Part shown: positions 61,995-64,000 of the stretch, in pieces | How positions within the stretch are numbered: the first letter of the stretch is position 1 | Layout: each line of letters opens with the position of its first letter | Position numbers and translations under genes: made by a program | From: Narcine bancroftii | Taxonomy: Eukaryota | Direction of reading: 5' to 3' | Assembly: GCF_036971445.1 (NCBI RefSeq) | Contig: NC_091471.1 | Span: 333,064,001 to 333,128,000, forward strand | Length of the DNA: 64,000 bases | The notes under the pieces: generated by a model | Told to the model about the DNA's origin: nothing | Seen by the model: only the letters and a program-made list of their open reading frames with translations | The model's database searches: none

Positions 61995-63498
61995 GCATTT
62001 AACTGCCAAAATGTTTGGCCTGGAAGTCAGCCTGAAGAAAACTGAGCTCCTCCATCAGCCAGCTCCCCACCATGACTACCAGCCCCCCCACATCTCCATC
62101 GGGCACACAAAACTCAAACGGTCAACCAGTTTACCTATCTCGGCTGCACCATTTCATCGGATGCAAGGATCGACAACGAGATAGACAACAGACTCGCCAA
62201 GGCAAATAACGCCTTTGGAAGACTACACAAAAGAGTCTGGGAAAACAACCAACTGAAAAACCTCACAAAGATTAGCATATACAGAGCCGTTGTCATACCC
62301 ACACTCCTGTTCGGCTCCGAATCATGGGTCCTTTACTGGCATCACCTACGGCTCCTAGAACGCTTCCACCAGCATTGTCTCCGCTCCATCCTCAACATTC
62401 ATTGGAGCGACTTCATCTCCAAAATCGAAGTACTCGAGATGGCAGAGGCCGACAGCATCGAATCCACGCTGCTGAAGATCAAACTGCGCTGGGTAGGTCA
62501 CGTCGCCAGAATGGAGGACCATCGCCTTCCCAAGATCGTGTTATATGGCGAGCTCTCCACTGGCCACCGAGACAGAGGTGCACCAAAGAAGAGGTACAAG
62601 GACTGCCTAAAGAAAGCTCTTGGTTGAATGGTGGAGCAGGCTCGAAGGGTTGAATGACCTACTACTGCTCCTATCTTCTATACTTCTATGTTTTAGGACA
62701 GCCACCTCGGACTTTGTGTTTGTTCAGCGAGGCCCACACCCAGCCCCACTCCAATGGCCCCACAAAGGCCCCTGCAAAGTCCTGAAATTATCAGGCAAGA
62801 CATTCACCTTAGATACTGGGGGCAGAGAAGAACTGTTTACAGTGGGCAGACTGAAAGTGGCACACTTAGACCCTAGCCAACCAGTGCCTACAGCTCAGCC
62901 CAAAAGACGTGGATGGCCACCCAAAGTGCCAGGACACTAAAGGTAATTCGGGAGGGGGGGGCAGGGGGTTGTGTGGCGGCACACATAGAGTCACAGGTGA
63001 ACCAGTTCCACATGTCACGGCCGTGATAGCGGAGCAGCCACACTAAGATGGTGCTATTAGGTTCTGAGAGTGCCTCGTTGCCTCGGCCACAGCACACGCT
63101 TTTTGGCAGTATGATGGCATCAGTGCCAATGTGGGGCGGGGCTTGCGCTTGCTCTTAAAGGCGGGCAAGGACATTTGAATAAAGTCAGTTGAAACGGGAA
63201 AAAAAAAGCTCTTGGTGCCTGCCACATTGACCACCGCCAGTGGGCTGATATCGCCTCAAACCGTGCATCTTGGCGCCTCACAGTTCGGCGGGCAGCAACC
63301 TCCTTTGAAGAAGACCGCAGAGCCCACCTCACTGTCAAAAGACAAAGGAGGAAAAACCCAACACCCAACCCCAACCAACCAATTTTCCCTTGCAACCGCT
63401 GCAACCGTGTCTGCCTGTCCCGCATCGGACTTGTCAGCCACAAACGAGCCTGCAACTGACGTGGACTTTACCCCTCCATAAATTTTCGTCCGCGAAAC
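61995..63498 (+). mobile_element. RTE-clade LINE split by a ~580-bp insertion
   Basis: FGLEVSLKKTE...FTYLG...RYKDCLKKALG | ACHIDHRQWADIASNR; the reading continues across the insertion. Confidence 0.9.
62700..63198 (+). mobile_element. Gypsy LTR-retrotransposon 3' end (integrase GPY/F tail, polypurine tract, U3-R of LTR), polyadenylated
   Basis: FVFVQRGPHPAPLQWPHKGPCKVLKLSGKTFTLD...TVGRLKVAH; purine tract 62950-62968; TG start at 62970; AATAAA at 63178. Confidence 0.78.
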
Positions 63499-64000
63499 CA
63501 TACATCAAGTTTTTGTCTTTAGCAGTTGGCAGTACATCAGGTCTTGACCTTGGAACCACTCACGTGCGTGACAGTTAGCCAGGTATTTCTCTTCCTGGGG
63601 AAGGTAGTTAACAGATGTTTCTCGTCTTCAAGTGTCAAAACAACATACCCGAGTGTAGCAATTGCAAGTGTCATTAGTTGCACAAGTATAAAGATTATAT
63701 ATTTTAACACAGTTTAACCCTTAACTTCACACAGTTGTTTTTTAAAAGAAGGATCTTTCATCCTTTGATGGGTTAAAAACCATAGAATTAGGAATGTGAG
63801 CAACTGTTAGAAAAACTAGAGGAGCAGTGAAATATGTTTATTCACTCAGAGTGTGGTAGGAGTATAAAGAGATGTATGAATGAAGAGCAAGGGCAGCCTC
63901 CTTTGCTGCTGGTCCCTGTTCTGCTGTTAATTAAAATCATATTTAATCTGACTATAAATGATTGTTTCTGCCTACTCAGTATAATCTGTAAGCCTTGCTT

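Overview
Eukaryotic vertebrate genomic DNA. The repeat content (CR1, L2, Rex1/Babar, RTE, L1/Tx1, Penelope, V-SINE-like SINEs) suggests a cartilaginous fish; this is an inference. Spliced genes, reconstructed by hand with GT-AG junctions and consistent phases, are: WBP2 (minus, exons 1-5, rest left of the window), a complete ATP5PD (minus, 161 aa) and a complete KCTD2 (plus, 218 aa). ATP5PD and KCTD2 sit head-to-head on a very short bidirectional promoter. There is also a tRNA-Arg(TCG) gene and the CpG-island first exon of an unidentified plus-strand gene after a 242-N gap. The best candidate for something new is a 2-exon gene (54148-54066 + 46878-46749, minus). It encodes a 70-aa single-pass, probably mitochondrial microprotein that I cannot assign to a named family and that the ORF track does not show intact. 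Other highlights: a family of Penelope-associated hammerhead-ribozyme motifs (two in a 280-nt tandem), a polyadenylated Gypsy/CR1 chimeric retrocopy with a diagnostic target-site duplication (TSD), a stop-start uORF on KCTD2, an exact 118-bp duplication downstream of KCTD2, and an ETS-site VNTR promoter.
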